DNA of 64,000 nucleotides from Acidimicrobiales bacterium (GTDB lineage Bacteria; Actinomycetota; Acidimicrobiia; Acidimicrobiales; Bin134): NCBI GenBank assembly GCA_965208505.1, contig OZ242339.1, positions 1,819,162 to 1,883,161 of the forward strand, read 5' to 3'. Shown piece by piece: positions 62,898 to 64,000 of this stretch (position 1 is its first letter; each line of letters starts with the position of its first letter). The notes under the pieces were generated by a model. It saw only the letters and a program-made list of their open reading frames with translations, ran no database searches and was not told where the DNA came from. The position numbers and the translations under genes were made by a program.

Positions 62898-64000
62898 GCC
62901 CGGATCCTGGAGCATTGGCCGGACTCCGGGTGCTGGACATCTCATCTTTCTTGGCCGCGCCCCAGGTGGCCACTTTCCTGGGCGACTTTGGGGCCGACGT
63001 CATCAAGATCGAGCCGCCGTCCGGGGAGGCCTTGCGCCGTATCGGGGCCAGCCGCAACGGGGAGTCGCTGGTGTGGGCCATGGTGTCTCGCAACAAGCGG
63101 GTCATCACCTGCGACCTCAACCGCCCCGAGGGCCGCGACATCCTCCGCCAGCTTGTGGCCGAGGTCAACGTGCTGGTCCACAATTACTCCCCGGCCATGC
63201 TGGAGCGCTGGGACTGCACTTGGGACCGATTCCACACCATCAACCCCGGCCTGGTGATGGTGTCGGTCAGCCCTTACGGACACACCGGCCCACTGGCCGA
63301 CCGGCCGGGTGCGGGAACCATGGCCGAGGCCTTCGCCGGGCTCACCCACATGACCGGAGAGGCCGACGGCCCGCCCATGCTCACCTCCATCCCCTTGGGC
63401 GACACCCTGACCGGGATATTCGGGCTGATCGGCGCGCTGGTGGCCTGCTACGGCCGGGACGTCAACGGCTTCGGAGGCCAGCACGTGGACGTGTCCATGT
63501 ATGAGCCCATCTTGACCCTGATGGGCAGCACCCTGGCCGCCTGGGATCCCAACGGCGGCGACCCTCCCCCCGCCCGGTTCGGATCCCGGCTGGAAACCGG
63601 CGTCCCACGAAACATCTACCGCACGGCTGACGATCGCTATCTATGCCTGTCGGGAACCACCGACCGCCAAGTGGAGCGCATCCTGGCGTTGACCAGGCGG
63701 GACGGCCCCGAAGACCAGGCCAAGTTTGCCCGCATGGCCGACCGCCTCGCTCATAACGACGAGCTCGACGCCCTGGTAGCCGACTGGATCGCCCTACGTC
63801 CGCTGGAGGAGGCCGTCGCCGTCTTCGTCGAGGCCCGCATTCCGGTGGCCCCGGTCCACGACCTGCCCGGTCTGCTGGCCGACGCCCAGGTCCAGGCCCG
63901 CAACAGCGTCACCATGGTGCCCCACGAAGTACTGGGATCGGTACCCATGGCCACTCCCACCCCCATCCTCAGCGAGACCCCTGGCACCATCGCCCATCCC
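62894..64000 (+). CDS. CoA-transferase family III (CaiB/BaiF-like), 3'-truncated by the window edge
   Basis: Absent from the ORF track because there is no stop in the window. ATG 62894 overlaps the upstream stop (ATGA). My translation MSPDPGALAGLRVLDISSFLAAPQVATFLGDFGADVIKIEPPSGE..VHNYSPAMLERW..GLVMVSVSPYGHTGP matches the family N-terminus. Confidence 0.8.
   Translation, partial: MSPDPGALAGLRVLDISSFLAAPQVATFLGDFGADVIKIEPPSGEALRRIGASRNGESLVWAMVSRNKRVITCDLNRPEGRDILRQLVAEVNVLVHNYSPAMLERWDCTWDRFHTINPGLVMVSVSPYGHTGPLADRPGAGTMAEAFAGLTHMTGEADGPPMLTSIPLGDTLTGIFGLIGALVACYGRDVNGFGGQHVDVSMYEPILTLMGSTLAAWDPNGGDPPPARFGSRLETGVPRNIYRTADDRYLCLSGTTDRQVERILALTRRDGPEDQAKFARMADRLAHNDELDALVADWIALRPLEEAVAVFVEARIPVAPVHDLPGLLADAQVQARNSVTMVPHEVLGSVPMATPTPILSETPGTIAHP

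Noticed and set aside
61998-62945. 315-aa minus-strand ORF antisense to the 2-hydroxyacid dehydrogenase gene
   Set aside because: Off-frame composition, and the plus-strand ORF has the GxGxxG and catalytic motifs.

Overview
High-G+C chromosomal segment with actinobacterial hallmarks: a WhiB regulator convergent with a PdtaS-type kinase, DUF3107, the MSMEG_4193/DUF3090/SCO1664 triad, and argS-lysA and hom-thrC. Most of the window is core metabolism. That covers Thr/Lys/Leu/Ile/Ser biosynthesis (thrC, hom, lysA, leuA/B/C/D, cimA, ilvE, serA, serC, aspC-like), argS, gltX, ETF, greA and two tRNAs. Four accessory or unusual parts stand out. (1) A ~5.5 kb type VII secretion-like cassette sits in opposite orientation between lysA and hom. 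It holds a WXG100 protein, a helical partner, a 1385-aa EccC/EssC-like triple ATPase with a predicted N-terminal ubiquitin-like plus FHA region, and a translationally coupled HicAB module. (2) A ~5.5 kb decayed island lies next to tRNA-Arg(CCG). It has a 5'-truncated, frameshifted integrase, an AbiEi/AbiEii module with a frameshifted toxin, orphan ORFs, a strongly strand-asymmetric non-coding tract, and a candidate attR repeat of the tRNA 3' end. (3) A complete, tightly overlapped System I cytochrome c maturation operon (ccmABCDEFGH plus a TPR CcmI-like gene) carries a perfect 63-bp tandem triplication of the ccmG-stop/ccmH-start junction. (4) At the left edge, a divergent pair of secreted repeat proteins replaces the expected thrB neighbourhood. 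One is a multi-FN3 protein with a 197/198-identical 198-bp in-frame duplication, and it is missing from the ORF track because it runs off the window. The other is a 7-blade RCC1-like protein. I also found a Leu leader-peptide attenuator upstream of leuA (MSRIHTHLLLL followed by a terminator). No CRISPR array, rRNA or transposase was seen. All family assignments come from reading motifs by eye; no database search was run.
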